64,000 nt of DNA. Origin: Alphaproteobacteria bacterium (lineage in GTDB: Bacteria; Pseudomonadota; Alphaproteobacteria; SP197). How positions within the stretch are numbered: the stretch's first letter is position 1; each line of letters starts with the position of its first letter. The stretch spans positions 3,616,001-3,680,000 of the forward strand of contig OZ219747.1 of assembly GCA_964291265.2 (NCBI GenBank), read 5' to 3'. Below are positions 40,007-50,500 of the stretch, piece by piece. The notes under the pieces were generated by a model. The model had not been told where the DNA came from and ran no database searches. It saw only the letters and a list, made by a program, of their open reading frames with translations. The position numbers and the translations under genes were made by a program.

Positions 40007-42374
40007 CTTTCAACCAGACACTGTTGAATCCATCTTTTTCAGCATATCGAGTTCCTGCAGTTTCCGCATATTTCGGTGATGTTCGACGAAGGTGAGGAGG
40101 ATTTCGTATCCCTGCCAGAGTTTCTCAGTCCCCGGCAGGGGTTGACGTTTTCTGGGAATGAAGCCCGCCAGGCGTGCGACGTCGACGGCGAAGGCTGCGA
40201 TGGTCGGTTCGGGATCGGGAGGTCCACGCGGCGTGCGCTGTCGGCTGACCTTATAGATGTTCAGGACCGTGATCTCGTCGCGGTGGACGATGTGGCTTGC
40301 CGGGGTGTCTGGTGCCGAGCGTGCGAGGCGCTCGACGGTCATGACGCGGCATGCGGTGATGGCGTCGAAGGCCAGACACTTCCTCAGATCGTCGGCCTGG
40401 TTGAGGCGCCGGTCCTTGATCCGGGTGCCGACCTTCAGGGCCTTGAAGTACTCTTCGATCCACCATCGCCTCTCGTAGAAGGAGACGGTCTTGAGGGCAT
40501 CGTCTGCGGTGACGTCGCCTTCGGTGGTGAGCAGCATCCAGTCGAGAGGATCGCGGCCTGGCGGTGGGGCGGGTTCCGTGACCCGCACGGCCATCATGGA
40601 GAGCGGCGGCGTTGCCTGAGGCTTCTTGTCCGGCGGAGCCAGGTCGACCCTTGCCGCACGGACTTCGAGGCGTACGCCCTTGCGCTCCTTGCGACGACGC
40701 GGCCCTCCGCAGGCTGCGATGTCGATCTGCTTCGTTGCGATGCACGGCTCGTCCGCCATGTAGTCCCAAAGGTCCCGGCAGGCGCCCGTTGCGGTGACCA
40801 CGCGGCGCCGTGTCGAGCGCCTGACGCGCACCAGCAGACCGGCCTCGTGCTCCGTGCTCCGGGCCAGCAGGTCCCAGATGTCGCCTTCACGGTCACAGAT
40901 CACCAACACCCTTGTCGAAGGACAGGCAGCGGCCAGTTCCACGGCCTTGTCGTACCCGTCGAGCCAGCGCCGGCTCTCCTTGTCGTCTGGCTCGTCCTTC
41001 TTCTGATCCGGCTTGAGACGGAAGTCGGCGTCGAGATGGAACAGGCCGAGGGATGAGCCGCCTTCGCTGAAGGCAACCCCGGCATGGGCCGCCATGCCAA
41101 GGGCGCCCGAGCCGCCGCCGATGTCAACAAGACCCTTGGTCGCCTCCAAGCCGTTGTCATTCAAGAACGTCGTGTCCTGGATGGCAAGAATCAGGCGCTG
41201 CGAACGGCAGCGTTCCACCATCGCTTCCTGGTGCCCCTCAAGGATATGCTCCATCGTCACCCTCGGATTCGACAACAGGCGGTAGGCCGCCTTCTGCTCC
41301 GCCTCGCCGGGGAAGATCACCGGCAGGATCGCGCCGGGACGATCGTTCCACGCCCGGCCCATGGTGACAAGGCGCTCGCGGATGCGCACGTCACTGTGGC
41401 TGCTGCGGGCGTACTCCCTCATCGCCCAGTCGGTCCTGTCATCACCGACAAGGGGCGCCGCCTGGCCCATGACACGCTCAGGCTCCCGGCACAGCACGGC
41501 GCGCCAGTCAGGCGTCAGGGGCTTCATCCATACGGACCGCTGCACGCCCGGGCCGGTGGCCCCGGGAGGTCGACCCGAGGTCATCTCCTCACAGCGCTCC
41601 CAGCCCGCCGCCCGGTAGCTCACGCCGCTGTGCTCGGGACCCACATACGTGTACGCCAGAACCGGCATCACCCCGTACTTCTCGTGCCAGTCCGTAGCCA
41701 GACGCCGGCAGGCACAGGCCAGGGCATGGGAGGCCAACTCCTTCACATCCACCGATGGAAGAATCAGGAAGCGATCATTGTTGACGATCTCGCCGAGGTG
41801 GGCGACACGGGCTCCCTGGGACCAGCCGATGAAGTCGTCGCGCGCCTTCTGGTGCCAACTCGCCGCACCAAACACCAGGCCGCCGAGGCGACCGTGGCGC
41901 GACGAGGTGATCCAGTAGCTCACCCGGGCTCCGGGTGCGCACGCCTCGCCTTCGGGATGCCAGGTCGCCATCATCGAACGGGCCAGGCGCTTGTCCTCGC
42001 CCTCGCCCACAGGCTCCAAGGTGACCTCTCCAAGGTCCTCCAGAGAACAGGCGAGGAGCTTGTCGGGATAGTCCCGCTCAAGGGTGTCGGCGCCGGTGCC
42101 GAAGGCATCAGGCCTTGGTGCAGGAAGGGCGATGTCGAGCGACGCAGCAAGGTCAGGCAGGGCCGCACGCGCCGAGGCAAGACACAGCTCGCCCTTCGCG
42201 TTGCGCCACTCCTCGCGCTCGCACAATCCCCGCGCCAGAGACGAACGTGTGCTGCCCTCGGCAGCCGACGCCGCCTTCAGCCAGTCAACCGTCGTCGCAG
42301 ATGTCGAAAGCCGATCCTCATGGGCCACTATGTAAGGCCTCATGAACATCGAGTCAAGCCTGTCCCGTTGAAAG
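40007..42374 (-). mobile_element. IS4-family insertion sequence, 2368 bp
   Basis: IRs CTTTCAACCAGACA and TGTCCCGTTGAAAG; 9-bp DR GGGCGCGAG at 39998-40006 and 42375-42383. Confidence 0.92.
40010..42349 (-). CDS. IS4/Tn5-like transposase with N-terminal DUF4338 domain, 779 aa
   Basis: RDDFIGWS, VNNDRFLILP, YRAAGW; IQDTT, ICDREGD, YERRWWIEEYFKALK. Confidence 0.9.
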   Translation of the reverse strand: MFMRPYIVAHEDRLSTSATTVDWLKAASAAEGSTRSSLARGLCEREEWRNAKGELCLASARAALPDLAASLDIALPAPRPDAFGTGADTLERDYPDKLLACSLEDLGEVTLEPVGEGEDKRLARSMMATWHPEGEACAPGARVSYWITSSRHGRLGGLVFGAASWHQKARDDFIGWSQGARVAHLGEIVNNDRFLILPSVDVKELASHALACACRRLATDWHEKYGVMPVLAYTYVGPEHSGVSYRAAGWERCEEMTSGRPPGATGPGVQRSVWMKPLTPDWRAVLCREPERVMGQAAPLVGDDRTDWAMREYARSSHSDVRIRERLVTMGRAWNDRPGAILPVIFPGEAEQKAAYRLLSNPRVTMEHILEGHQEAMVERCRSQRLILAIQDTTFLNDNGLEATKGLVDIGGGSGALGMAAHAGVAFSEGGSSLGLFHLDADFRLKPDQKKDEPDDKESRRWLDGYDKAVELAAACPSTRVLVICDREGDIWDLLARSTEHEAGLLVRVRRSTRRRVVTATGACRDLWDYMADEPCIATKQIDIAACGGPRRRKERKGVRLEVRAARVDLAPPDKKPQATPPLSMMAVRVTEPAPPPGRDPLDWMLLTTEGDVTADDALKTVSFYERRWWIEEYFKALKVGTRIKDRRLNQADDLRKCLAFDAITACRVMTVERLARSAPDTPASHIVHRDEITVLNIYKVSRQRTPRGPPDPEPTIAAFAVDVARLAGFIPRKRQPLPGTEKLWQGYEILLTFVEHHRNMRKLQELDMLKKMDSTVSG

Positions 42375-43398
42375 GGGCGCGAGCGGCGTCGTGCCGGTTG
42401 GCTTCGGGCATATAGTCGAAATGTCCGCCGCAGCGCACGATGGCGATGGCGGCGTTTGTCAGGCAGGAGAGGTTGCGTGGCAGATGGCGCACATGGACCC
42501 TGCAGCGGTCCTCGTCGTAGGTGAAGTCGCGTACGTAGTGGAGTCGATTTTCGATGACCCAGTGGTCGCGCACGAGGGCCAGAAGCATCTCGGGTCCGTG
42601 CAGCGAGTCTAGCTGCTGTACTTGCGGGTGAAAGTCCCGCCGGCGCAATTGTCAGTTTGGCGCCGTAGCATATCCCACTGGTTCAGGGGCGACCTTGGAC
42701 CAGCGAGCTGGGACGTAGAAAGCCGTTGTGGGCTGGCTGGGACACAGTGCCCAGCCGGTTCGGTCAGCCAGGGCGGCGAGCAAACCGGAGGGCCGTAGCG
42801 AAAGCGAACGATTGGATGAAGCCACGAAATGATGCTCCCACACGAAGCTGATTTGTGGGGTGGTCGGGAATGCCAAGGGCGTGGATCCGGCCCGATGGCC
42901 AGAGTCGATGCGGAAGAACTGATGAGCACGCATCGGGTTCCCCGGGGTACAGACGGCGGCAATCCGGGACAGTACAGCAGTGAAAGGCCGGAAGGTGAGG
43001 AGGACAGACAGGATGAAGTGACCCTTGAATGTCAAGGACCGCGTCTATAACCAGGATTGGGAAAGGACGCGGAGTCCTCCTGACTGGCGGATGAGGTCGA
43101 GTAAGCGTTGACGGGCGGGACAACACAACCCGTCCCGAGCGAGGACCTCAGGGCTCAGGTGGCCTATGCGGCAGGTCAAGTCGGTACTCAGAGACCGGCA
43201 CCGACCGACAGACTGCAAGGTCGAAGGACGGAGCAAACGCAAGGAGATGCCGTGGGTATGGATGGGTCAGCCTTGACCATGGCGTGTCCGGCGGAAGGCT
43301 CCGCACCGAACTCCAAGTGGGTGCCTGATGCTTGAAGCCGTACCCGGGAAAACCGGACGTACGGAATTTTAGGGGGGCTGCTGGAAACGTGGTCTATG

Positions 43399-45348
43399 CC
43401 GAAGTTCCGGACGATTTCAGCGGCAGAGTCACGATAACCGGTTGATTGTGTTGGCAAAATAGCGCGATGATGGCGCGAGAATGTTCCCATGTAACGGCGA
43501 AGTTTTCCCTTGACACGGTGGGCTTACGCCCCCATATACGTTGCCATGTACGTAGACATCGTCCCCAACCGTAACTCACCCCCCGCCGTCCTCCTGCGAG
43601 AGGGATGGCGCGAGAACGGCAAGGTCAAGAAGCGCACCATCGCCAATCTCTCCTCCTGGCCCATGGAAAAGGTCGAGACCCTGCGGCGGTTCTTGAAGAA
43701 CGAACCCCTCGTCGGTCGTGACGACGCCTTCGACATCGTCCGCTCCCTACCCCATGGGCATGTCGCCGCGGTGCTGGGAACCCTGAAGAAGCTGGGACTG
43801 GACAGGTTGATCGACCCGAAGCCCTCGCCTGAGCGCGATCAGGTCCTGGCCATGATCGTGGCACGCATCCTCGAGCCCGCCTCGAAGCTGGCCACGGCCA
43901 GGGGGCTGGCCGAGGCCACGGCGGTCAGCACCCTGGGCGAGGTCCTCGATGCGGAGATGGACGAGGACGCCCTCTACGGCGCCATGGACTGGCTCCTGGA
44001 GCGTCAGGAGAGGATCGAGCGGTCCCTGGCGAAGCGGCGCCTCGAAGAGGGCTGCCTGGTGCTCTATGACCTGACCTCGGTATGGATGGAGGGGAGAGCG
44101 TGTCCCCTGGCAAGGAGGGGTCATTCCCGGGATGGCAAGAAGGGCAAGCTGCAGATCGAGTTCGGCCTTCTGTGCGATCGGGACGGCTGTCCAGTGTCGG
44201 TGGAAGTGTTCCCCGGCAACACGGCGGACCCCGGGACGGTGGCATCACAGATCACCACGCTGCAGGAGCGCTTCTCCCTGGCGAAGGTGGTGCTGGTGGG
44301 AGACCGGGGGATGCTGACCGAGGCGCGCATACGCGAGGAGGTGAAGCCCGCAGGCCTGGACTGGATCAGCGCCTTGAGGGGACCGGCCATCCGCGCCCTT
44401 GTGGAGGCCGGCGACGTCGAGATGTCGCTCTTCGACGAGAGGGACCTGGTGGAGATCACCAGCGATGCGTATCCCGGCGAACGCCTCATGGTCTGCCGCA
44501 ACCCCCTGCTGGCCGAGGACCGGGCCCGCAAGCGCCAGGAGCTGCTCGAGGCCACCGAGGCCCTGCTTGAACCGATCGCCGCAGCGACACGGCGCGACAA
44601 GCGCCGTCTCAAGGGTGCCGACAAGATCGGGGAGCGGGTCGGCAAGGTCATCGGTAAATACAAGATGGCGAAGCACTTCACGTGGTCCATCGACGACGAC
44701 GGTGTCTTCACCTATGGGCGCGATGAGGTTGCCATCGCCGCCGAGGCCAGGCTCGACGGCCTCTACGTGATCCGCACCAGCCTGCCGCAGAGCGAGCTCG
44801 ACGGTCCCGGCACGGTGCGCGCCTACAAGCGGTTGAGTTCGGTGGAACGGGCCTTCCGCAGCCTGAAGACCGTGGATCTGAAGGTCCGTCCCGTCTACCA
44901 CCGCACCGAACCCCGGGTCCGCGCCCATGTCTTCCTGTGCATGCTCGCCTACTACGTGGAATGGCACATGCGCCAGAAACTGAAGCCCATGCTGTTCGAC
45001 GACGAGGATGCCGAAGGCGCCGAGGCCCGGCGGCCGTCCGTCGTGGCGCCGGCAGAAGTCTCGGCGAGCGCCCGGGCCAAGGCGGCAACCAAGAGGACGC
45101 CCAGGGGTGATCCGGTGCACAGTTTCCGCACCCTCCTCGATGATCTCGCGACCATCACCCGCAACACCGTGGCGCCCCGCCTTGCGGGCGCCAAACCCTT
45201 CCAGGTCACCACGCGGCCCACGCCGCTCCAGAAAAAGGCCCTGGACTACCTCGGCATACGCCTGCAGCGTTCCCAGTAGCGACACACCCGATTTTTTCAA
45301 ACGTCAATACATTCATAACGATACGTCTGATCGGTTCTGGAACTTCGG
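43399..45348 (+). mobile_element. IS1634-family element, copy B, 1950 bp
   Basis: Near-identical to copy A; 6-bp DR TCTATG at 43393-43398 and 45349-45354. Confidence 0.93.
43546..45279 (+). CDS. IS1634-family transposase
   Basis: Differs from copy A at only a few residues (E/D, A/V, R/K, G/R). Confidence 0.93.
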   Translation: MYVDIVPNRNSPPAVLLREGWRENGKVKKRTIANLSSWPMEKVETLRRFLKNEPLVGRDDAFDIVRSLPHGHVAAVLGTLKKLGLDRLIDPKPSPERDQVLAMIVARILEPASKLATARGLAEATAVSTLGEVLDAEMDEDALYGAMDWLLERQERIERSLAKRRLEEGCLVLYDLTSVWMEGRACPLARRGHSRDGKKGKLQIEFGLLCDRDGCPVSVEVFPGNTADPGTVASQITTLQERFSLAKVVLVGDRGMLTEARIREEVKPAGLDWISALRGPAIRALVEAGDVEMSLFDERDLVEITSDAYPGERLMVCRNPLLAEDRARKRQELLEATEALLEPIAAATRRDKRRLKGADKIGERVGKVIGKYKMAKHFTWSIDDDGVFTYGRDEVAIAAEARLDGLYVIRTSLPQSELDGPGTVRAYKRLSSVERAFRSLKTVDLKVRPVYHRTEPRVRAHVFLCMLAYYVEWHMRQKLKPMLFDDEDAEGAEARRPSVVAPAEVSASARAKAATKRTPRGDPVHSFRTLLDDLATITRNTVAPRLAGAKPFQVTTRPTPLQKKALDYLGIRLQRSQ

Positions 45349-46436
45349 TCTATGGGAGAACTGCGACCCCGCCCGCAATCGAAAGAGCGGTGACGGACAA
45401 AGCCTCTGCCTACGGATGCGCGCGCCAGTGGCCTACCCGACGGCGCGTTCGGGAGCGAGCGAGGTGAGGCACCAGGTGGTCTCGACACTGCGTTCTTTGG
45501 TCTTGCAGATCTCGCGTTCGCGCTCGATGCGGATGGCTTGGTGGCGACCGTGGAGAGCGGCGTAGCCGTCCCACTCGGCGCCGGAGATGTCGACCACGGC
45601 ACAGCGGCGGCGCTCGATGCGTCCGTGCCCCTTGTCGAGTGTCTCGAACGAAGCCGCGCCCTTGAAATCGATGGCCTTGAGATCGTCGAGCATGGTCTCC
45701 TGGTTATCCTTGATCGCCGTGATGACATAGTCGGCGCGGCGCTCGAGAAGCCGTTGCGCGGTCTCGTGCTGAGCGTGCATCGCGTCCAGGGTGACGATGC
45801 GGCCCGTGACGTCGATGCTGCTGGCGAGGTCCCGCACGGCGGGGATCTCGTTGCTCTTCGCGTCGACCTCGACCTGGCCGAGGACCATGCCGGTTCCGTG
45901 CTCGACCGCTGCGACCATCATCCGCCGCCCGTTTTTGGTCTGCCTGGAGGCGCCGCGGATGTCCTTGCCGTCCATGGCGAGCGGTGTGTCTGCACCGGCC
46001 TGCTGGGCCGTCCACAGGCCGATGGCGTGGTCCAGGGTCTCGGGCGGCAGGTTGGCGAGGATGGTGTAAGCACAAGATCAGTCCGTAACGACACCAACCG
46101 GCCAACGGCAACCAAGCGTCTTCTCTCACTTCCCGGCCCTTCTACAACAGGTTACGGGACAGTGCAAGAGAAATTTCGATCGCGCGAGAACAACGCGATG
46201 TCGTTCCGATGTCGTCGAACTGTTGCACTCGGGGAAGCAGCACGGCAACGACAGAGCTCTTGCCAGATCCCTCACGGCCGTCCAGGATGGCACAACAGCG
46301 ACACATCAGCGCGCCACAAGAACAACACAAGAAAGGGCCTCGATATCGCCATGCAGGATGAGAACAGGAGAATGTCACTCGTGATAGACCCTCGCACGGC
46401 GCATGTGTTTCCCCAGTCAACGCCGGTACCGGCGCC

Positions 46437-46775
46437 ATGACCGACCGCCGCCAGCACGCCGTCATGGCGACGGACGCCGAGTGGGAACGCATCACCCGGG
46501 CGGCCCGGGCGGCCGGCATGGAACTCTCCCGCTTCATCGTGCAGCGCACCCTGATGCCGGATGCCCTGCCGATGGAGGTGCTGCGGCGGGCCGTGCGGGA
46601 GGTGCTCGTCATGGCCCGCCTGGAAGAGCGGCGCCTGTGCGAGGCCGGCGCCGGGGAGGCCTGGGAGGAGGCCGGCGAGGCGGTCGACGCCTGGCTGGAG
46701 AGCGAGGGCGTCCTGGCGCGCCTGACCGATCCGGGAGCGGCCAACCGCTGGAAGGCGGCGGGAGACGGGGGATGA
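46437..46775 (+). CDS. Ribbon-helix-helix (MobC/NikA-like) protein 1
   Basis: HAVMATDAEWERITRAARAAGMELSRFIVQR. Confidence 0.65.
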   Translation: MTDRRQHAVMATDAEWERITRAARAAGMELSRFIVQRTLMPDALPMEVLRRAVREVLVMARLEERRLCEAGAGEAWEEAGEAVDAWLESEGVLARLTDPGAANRWKAAGDGG

Positions 46776-47065
46776 CGCGCCAGCTGAAGCGGCAGCGTTC
46801 CGTTCACTGTCCGCCCGAGGAACAGGAGATGATCCGCGGGAAGGCGAAGGCCGCCGACAAGACGGTGTCGGGCTACCTGCTCGACCTTGCCCGCAAGGAC
46901 GATCCGCAGATCCATCCCCTGGTGCTGTCGCCGGAGGATCAGCGTGAGTTCCTCGAGGGCACGAGGACCCTGCAGGAGGTGGCAAGCGCCCTGCGCCGGG
47001 AGCTTCCCGGCACGGAGGGTCTGACCCTCCTTGCGGCGGTGGCGGTGATGAGTCGATGGCGATGA
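46772..47065 (+). CDS. Ribbon-helix-helix (MobC/NikA-like) protein 2
   Basis: RSVHCPPEEQEMIRGKAKAADKTVSGYLLDLA; ATGA overlap. Confidence 0.65.
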   Translation: MTRQLKRQRSVHCPPEEQEMIRGKAKAADKTVSGYLLDLARKDDPQIHPLVLSPEDQREFLEGTRTLQEVASALRRELPGTEGLTLLAAVAVMSRWR

Positions 47066-47538
47066 GGCCGCGGCGGCGTCGCCGGAAGAAGCCGCCGTCG
47101 AAACACCTGACGGTCTCGGCGACGGACGACGAGTGGGAGATGGTGAGGTCGCAAGCGGCAGGCCGCGGGCTCTCGATCGCCCGCTATCTCGTGGGCCTGG
47201 CGGCCCGGGACGGGGCCGAGGGCGACAAGGGACCGCCGCTGGTGCTGGCCGGGGTTCAGCAGAGGGAGCTCCTGGAGCTCCACCGGGAGATCCTCTCGCT
47301 GCTGCAGGGCGATGAGGACACATCGTCGCTGATGGCCGACATCCAGGCGCGGGTCGCGGTGATGTTCAACCTGTGGGCGAAGGACATGATCGCCCGCGGC
47401 CGGGAAGATGATCTCCGGGCCGAGCTGGCCTCGATCCTCGGCGAGGAGCAGGCGGCCGCCGTCATGGCCTCCGTCAGGAGAACGACGACGGAGCGCCCGC
47501 GGGCCGCGGACACGGTCCAGCCGGATCTCTTTTCCTGA
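47062..47538 (+). CDS. Ribbon-helix-helix (MobC/NikA-like) protein 3
   Basis: LTVSATDDEWEMVRSQAAGRGLSIARYLVGLA; ATGA overlap. Confidence 0.65.
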   Translation: MRPRRRRRKKPPSKHLTVSATDDEWEMVRSQAAGRGLSIARYLVGLAARDGAEGDKGPPLVLAGVQQRELLELHREILSLLQGDEDTSSLMADIQARVAVMFNLWAKDMIARGREDDLRAELASILGEEQAAAVMASVRRTTTERPRAADTVQPDLFS

Positions 47539-47575
47539 ACGGCAGGGGATCATCGGGGGAGCATGAACCTCTTGC

Positions 47576-50500
47576 CTACATCGACAGGCCGCGGGACCGT
47601 CCACGCCTGCGGGCCTCGATCTCGCGGAGCGTCTCGGCCATGCGCCTCTCCCGCGCCGTCTCGTCATCCCAGGGGGCGCGTACGCATCCGCGCGTGAAGA
47701 GGGAGCGCATATCCTGGCGGATCGTCGAACCGGCTGCAGGCGCTCCCTGCATTCCCCAGGAGCGGACCACGCGGAGCGTCACCCCGTCTCCCACCACGTC
47801 GTTGACGCCGGGCTCGACGGCCTCGACGATCGCCTCGACCTGCGCGGTGTCGCCCTCGATTGGGGGCTGGACCGGGCCGGCATGCCGCACCATGGTCCAG
47901 CGTATCCTGTCGTCCGGAAGGACCCTCTCCTCGCAGGCGAAGGGGAAGGCGTCGTTGCGGACGGGATACTGCCGGTCGCGTTCCCGCTGGCGCAGCGCCT
48001 CGTCGGGCCACAGGAGGCGTCGGCAGGTGACGTTGCCGGCAAGGGGGCGGAGCGTCTCGGCGTGGAGACTGCGGGTCTCTGTGCCGCCGACGGGACGAAT
48101 GCGCAGGCGATCGATGACGTCGGGGCCGGTGACGTGGCTGACCATCTCGACAACCGCGTCGTGGCGGCCCTCTGCGTCGATCCAGCTGAGCCGGTCGCCG
48201 CGGAGCAGGGGCTCGGTCCCGTCCCAGCGGACACTGCGGGAGACGTCGAACGGCGCCTCCCGCAGCTGCCGCATGGCGGTGCGGACCTCGAGGAGGTGGC
48301 GGGTCCGGCCTGCCTCCTCGCGCACCGCGTCGTCCTGGGCCAGGCGTTCCGGGAGTGCCGCCACGATGTAGGCGAGGCGCCGGGGCGAAGCGCCCGCGGC
48401 GCGGATGTGGGCCTCCTGGTTCAGCGACCCTGCCTCCACGGCCTCCAGCAGCATCCGGGCACGGCGGCGCCAGGCGTCGGACAGCGCTGCGCTTCCCTGG
48501 AGGCCGGGTTGGAGAGCCAGGGCCTCCGCGACGAGCTCATGAACCCGCTGGCGTTCGCCGTCCCAGCCATCGAGCGTCTCGCGCCACGCGCCGACGGTGG
48601 TCCGGTCCTCCGCGGTGAGGCGCGGATCGTCCCGGAGCTGCCGCAGCACCTCGCGCAGGGGCGCCATGTGGGGCGAATCGAGGGGATGGCGATGATGGTC
48701 CCGCACCTCCCCATTGATGGCGTCTGCCCGGCGCACGAGAGCCCGCAGGCTGTCGCCGAGGAGCATGGCGTCGATGCGCTCGGCCTCGGTCTTGACGACA
48801 TCCCCGGCGCCCGCCATGTCGCGGGCCGGCAGGCCGTCGGCCTTCCACGCGCCGGGAAGCGCGCGACCTTCGGCCAGGAGCGCCGCGGCGTCGCGGCGCC
48901 AAAGGGGATCGCCCGGTTCCGCCGCCTCGCCCAGGCGGCCGGCGCGGCGGCGCCAGTTCGCGAGAACATCGAGGGCGGCGTCCGTCGCCATCCAGGAGGG
49001 CGCCGAGGCAAGACGCTGCCGGAAGGCATCGGGGGATGTTCCGAGGGCGCGAAGCTGCGCGGTGCGCTCGCCTTCGGGGATGGCGTCCATCGCCGCACCG
49101 GCTTCCTCTGCCGCCGCCGGGGCCGCGGCGCGCCAGGCCGCACGGTCGTCGCCTGAGCCGCCGAACGTGGGCCGGTTCGTCTCGGCCTCCGCGAGGCGGG
49201 CGAGGGCTTTGGCGAGACGGGCGCGGTCACGGCGCCAGCGCCTGTCGTCATCGAGCCGGCGGGTGAACGCGCGCACAGTTCCATCCGCCGGCGCGCCGTC
49301 GGCCACCGCCCCGGGGACCTCCTCGAGAAGGCCGGGCCAGTCAGCGAGGTCGCATGGGAGCCGCCCGGCGGCCTCGGCGCGGTCCTCGATCTCCTTCACC
49401 CGCTGCAGAAGTGCGGCGCGGTCCAGGGCTCTGAAGGTCGTCTCGATGGTTGCCGCCGCCGCAACGAGGTCGCGGCGGGCGTCGGCGAGGGCATCGAGGT
49501 GGCGGGCCTTCAGCGACCTGTCGGCCAACATCGCCCGGGCAGCCGTCAGCATTGCCGCCGCCTCGGTGCGCCAGGCCCGGGCATCGGGATGGTCCGCATC
49601 GGGATGGTCCGCCGCCGCAGGCGCCGGCCCCGTCTTCGCCAGGACCCGGGCCCTGGCGACGGTGGCCTCGGTCTCGCGGCGTTCCGCCTTCCACCTGCCG
49701 TCGGCGTCCCGCCAGTCGGCCATCAGGTCGCGCGTTGCCTGCGGCGTGCCCTCGTGTTCGGCGAGATCCTCCAGGGCCGCCAGGAGCCGGGGGTAGTCCG
49801 CCGCATCGAGGGGATGCACGCCGCCTTCCTCATGGGCCCGGTTGACGGACCGGGTGAAGGCGGCGAACGCCTGGCATGCGGCCGTCAACCGGGCTGCCTC
49901 GAGCTGCCTGATGACGCTGTCGACGGCGTCCCGGGCGCCCGCCATGTCGTCCGTGCGAGAGGGATGGGCGGCCCATTCCTCCACAAGCCTCCTGCCCTCC
50001 TCGATCAGGGCGTAAGCCCGTTCGACATCCTCCTGCGCGATGGTCGGACCCTCGCCGCCCTCGCGCAGCACCTCGGCGGCCCGCCCCGACCAGTCGTCGA
50101 GGCCGGCGAGGGCCGCGTCGGTGGCGCGCCACAGGGGCACGGCGCCGACCAGGGAAGCGAAGTCCTGTGCCGTCATGCCGCAGGCTGCGAGGTGGGCTCT
50201 GCGCTCGTGGTCGGCGAGGGCGACCACGGTCTCGAGGGCGCCGTCCAGGGCTTCGGCCCCGTTGCGCCACGCTCGGCGATCCGGCGCGTCGCCGCGGATG
50301 TCCGCGTAGCGGGGCCTTGAGCGTTCGAGGTCCCTCAGCAGGCCGACGGTCTCCGCCACGCGGCGGCGGTCGCGGCGCCAGCGCCCGTCGTCTGCCAGCC
50401 AGCGTTCGAGATGACGGCCCACCGGATCGCCGGGTGCGGCGGCATCGACGGCACGGCGGATCTCGCCCAGCGTGCCGAACCATTCCGCGAGATCGAGGGG

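Larger units (their letters stand above)
42598..45441 (+). ncRNA. ORF-less group II intron (about 888 nt without the IS1634 in domain VI)
   Basis: 5' GTGCAG and 3' ...CTACCCGAC; domain V GAAGCCGTACCCGGGAAAACCGGACGTACGGAATTTTAG at about 43334-43372; EBS1 GGATCCG and EBS2 GATGCT pair with the 5' exon; removal restores the ISAs1 frame exactly. Confidence 0.88.
39744..46067 (-). mobile_element. 5'-truncated ISAs1 element hosting an IS4 and a group II intron (which itself holds IS1634)
   Basis: Transposase pieces rejoin in frame: 45442-46067 (AMDGK, KSNEIP, TLDAMH, IKDNQ, GHGRIERR..SLAPERA) + 42384-42597 (GPEMLL..HWVIENRLHYVRD.TYDED) + 39957-40006 (QDALDAILIPPGG*). Confidence 0.88.

Noticed and set aside
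33520-45348. Composite transposon of two direct IS1634 copies carrying the DMFase genes
   Set aside because: Each copy has its own distinct target duplication (TTTAAC and TCTATG), so they inserted independently
38482-46067. 38.5-kb ISAs1 N-terminal fragment as the missing start of the nested ISAs1
   Set aside because: It lies downstream of the nested element's right end on the minus strand, so it is a separate relic
49581-49610. 15-bp tandem duplication in the relaxase gene
   Set aside because: In-frame DHPDA repeat in a linker; ordinary slippage
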